Positions 61,210-64,000 of a stretch of DNA of 64,000 nucleotides are shown one piece after another. The translations under genes were made by a program, and so were the position numbers. Numbering within the stretch: the first letter of the stretch is position 1; each line of letters starts with the position of its first letter. Origin of the DNA: Takakia lepidozioides (Eukaryota; Plantae; Bryophyta). The stretch covers positions 82,894,001 to 82,958,000 of the forward strand of contig CM060731.1 of assembly GCA_030704615.1 (NCBI GenBank), written 5' to 3'. A model generated the notes under the pieces. It saw only the letters and a program-made list of their open reading frames with translations, searched no databases and was not told the origin of the DNA.

Positions 61210-62170
61210 TGTCGAGCGGCTTTTTACTCACCCATCCCTTCGCTATCCGAGGTGGAAACTCCAAGATAGAAGAGTTGGATATCTCTAAGCACTCAGCCCG
61301 CTCAGTACAATCAGTCATGACCTACAGCTAGTGAATCATGGTTGTGCTTCCCCTTTGTATTCATTCTTGCCTTCATGTTAACAATTTACCTTATCTGATA
61401 CTGAAGCATCAGTTTGCTTCAGTATCTTCTTAGTTCCAGTTAATCATGCATTCATTTCACAGCTTCACTCATGTCTCTCTACACAGTGTGCTTGTATCGA
61501 ATAAGTATCAGATTACGATTTATTAGGTACTAGGCCAATGTCAAGTGACTCTAATCCACCCTACAGTATCACTACAGCTCTGCATGAATTAAAGCATCTA
61601 CTGTTCATCTCTTCTCCTACTCCGTGCTCTCGTTCTTGCTCTCCGCCTGATCTCCTCTCCTCCATGACCCTCAAGCGCTCCCCCGTGAAGTGTCATTCTT
61701 TCCGTTGCCGCTCTCCTTATCTGCCCCCCAAGCTGTTCTAACCACCTAACTAATTAACCGTTATCCCCGAAGTATCACGTTCCTTCTGCAGATGTCGTTC
61801 CCTCACAGTCGTTCCCTGCTGTTCCACATGTACTGTGACAGGCTGTGTCAAGCTGTGCCGAGCTATGACTGGCTGTGTCGGCTGTGTTGGATGTGACGGG
61901 CTGTGACTGGCTGTGTCGGGCTGTGTTGGCTGTGACGGACTGTGTCGGCTGTGCGAAGCTGTGTCAGGTTGTGTCGGCTGTGATTGGCTGTGACGACTGT
62001 GTAAGCTGTGTCAGGCTGTGTCGGCTGTGACTCGTTGTGACGGACTGTGGCTGTGCGAGTGTCAGTGTTGTGATTGGCTGTACGACTGTGTTGGGCTGTC
62101 GGCTGTGTCGGCGTGACGGCTGTGTCTGGCTGTGACGGGCTGTGTCGGGCTGTACCCCCCCCCCTCCCCT
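61210..62170 (-). mobile_element. Putative 3' LTR-like end (about 945 bp) and PPT of a further element
   Basis: On the minus strand, AGGGGAGGGGGGGGGG (62155-62170) follows the upstream ORFs. The segment ends ...CTCGACA at 61210, where it interrupts a coding frame. It starts TAC rather than TG. Confidence 0.5.
61833..62152. repeat. GCTGTGAC/GCTGTGTC minisatellite, a reverse-complement relative of the copy A/B array
   Basis: GGCTGTGACGGGCTGTGTC units; the reverse complement ACAGCCCGTCACAGCC is identical to the copy A core. Confidence 0.9.
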
Positions 62171-62324
62171 AAAGTGCGCTGCTGTCACCCCTAAGGCTCC
62201 TGTTGGTCTCAGTCTGCGCAAAAATTAAGGGTACCCCCACAGAACCCGTAAAAGCGTCTAAGTCCCAAGCAGCCCTCTAACATTTACCCCTCCCCCTCTC
62301 AAAAAGCCATGTCCTCACGATTTA

Positions 62325-63982
62325 CTATTTGGGATTAGCAAACCTTTGTGAGCGAGCACCCTTCTGACGGTGAGAGTCTCGTGAAGGACTCCGTGTGCGA
62401 GCCCGAGTCCTGTCACTGGTTGACGACGGAGATGATTGAGCACTACCTGGAAATGTCAGTCCCTCATTTGGCTGATATCGTGGTAACCTCTCAGGCATAG
62501 GAGATCCCCGTCGTTTCTTCTCTGCCATCTGAATTGCGTAGTCTTCTGCCATGTCAAAAGAGTCCGCTGAAGAAACAGTAGTATCAGAGTCTTCGTCGCC
62601 CCTCAGGTGTTTTAACGGTCGAACTCTAACTGGAATCCGTTGGGGCATACAATGTGGTCCCACCATGTCTGGAAGTTTACACTGTTCAACCTGCTGTAAG
62701 CTCTTAATGGCAAAATTGGTGAACACCCTGAACTCCTTGTCCGTATAGGTGAGTGGTGTGCCAATGACTTGGGAACAGTGCAAGTATTTCCATGCCTCAT
62801 GGCCCTTAAAGAAAATATCGTCAGGGCCAAATTTTTGTGTTGTCAAATTGTTCCAAACCGAATGAAACCATGAACGAAGTTGGGAATCCTTCTGCATCAT
62901 AACCTTTGCATCATATAGGTACATATGAGGTGGCATTGAAGGTAAGACCCAATGATCCCCACTGGAATAACTCAGAAATCGCGATTGCATCTTCTGCTGC
63001 TCAATGTGATAACGTGCCAGAAAACAAGCAGCATAGTATAACCCGCAGCCCATGACAATACTTGCTACCTCCTTTGGTCTTGGTATAAATGTACCCCATG
63101 TACAACCTGGAAGGCAATTAATTCCTTCAACATGGTACTTGCTTCATGCCAGAACCTCGCAAAGTGATGCAGGAGTTGCGGGCCATGTGCACTAGACGTC
63201 CAACCTGCCTGCCAACCAGCCTGGTGTCTAGGGTATTTGAACACCAGGCTGGGACTCAGTCTTCAAACAGTCTGCTGTGCCAGCCAGCAGACCAAACCTG
63301 GCTGACCAGTGAGCCTCATGCGGTTTGCCCATCAGACTGGCCATTCTCAGCACGGTGGACTCTCATTACGAACCTTAGTCCTAGTTGCCACTGGCAGCCA
63401 AATGCGCATGATCTGGTAGTAATGTGCCAACGACTGCGGAGGACTAAATTCCTTCCAAGCCAAATCCAACACAATGGGAATTTGGTTGAAGGGCATAATC
63501 ATAGTCTGACTATACTCCCGTGCAGCAGGAGTCCTAGGTGGGTTAAAAGCAGCATCCCCCCATACCTCAGGCTGTGGCGGTTGTGGTCTGGCTGTAGTAA
63601 CAACAGGGTCAGCTACCGGCACAGTCACTTGTTGTGGTATTGGTAATACTGGCCCTTCCACCACTGGCATCTCCTGCACCCCTTGCGAAGAAGACTGAAA
63701 AATTAGAGTTCTGGCTTGTAATTAAGTAGCCATCAGCTGCTCCTCAGGTACAAAGACTCTCTTATCAATATTTGAAGTCAGGTCCTCCACCTGAGTCTGC
63801 AGGCCGTCTACATCCTCCTTTAGCTCCGCTATCCTACTATAGACATTGTCTATAGTAGTTGTGGCAATGTTCTGCACCTGCAGTCTGAGCTCATTCATCT
63901 CGCCTTGGGTGAGCTTCCGTGGTGCTTTGCCTTCCACCGGCCCTTGTGCTAACCAGATCTGCATAAGGTGGTTATCCACCAA
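62325..63982 (-). pseudogene. Fragmented ORF of unknown function, probably an accessory ORF of the element ending at 61210; runs off the window end
   Basis: ORFs 63722-63982 (coiled coil), 63347-63679 and 62325-63053 are colinear and end upstream of a PPT-like tract. Confidence 0.4.
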
Positions 63983-64000
63983 GTTGTGTGTGGCACCCCT

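Overview
Repeat-rich eukaryotic DNA from a land plant. The PLS-type PPR fragment and the LNK/CBP80 sequences suggest a non-seed plant such as a moss, but that is inference. The main feature is a Ty3/gypsy-like retroelement family present in four copies: A 8233-20133 (-), apparently complete; B 1-6587 (-), cut by the window edge; C 37893-41313 (+) and D 45118-~51498 (+), both truncated. Its polyprotein order is Gag(2 Zn knuckles)-aspartic protease-DNMT3-like C5 cytosine methyltransferase-RT-RNase H-integrase-PHD finger. Copy A begins TGTC, ends GACA and is flanked by a 4-bp AATC duplication, yet I see no direct repeat between its two ends and no tRNA primer-binding site. The long 5' leaders carry copy-specific tandem arrays at the same position, terminal hairpins and a highly conserved non-coding block, and Gag appears to start without an AUG. 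The host island holds an intronless CBP80/ABH1 gene head-to-head with a disrupted LNK clock gene. The rest is nested debris: a copia gag fragment, a gypsy integrase plus LTR, a hAT-like end, an L1 LINE, PPR and RING pseudogenes, and another LTR-like end carrying a related satellite. Boundaries were read by eye and are approximate unless a motif is quoted.
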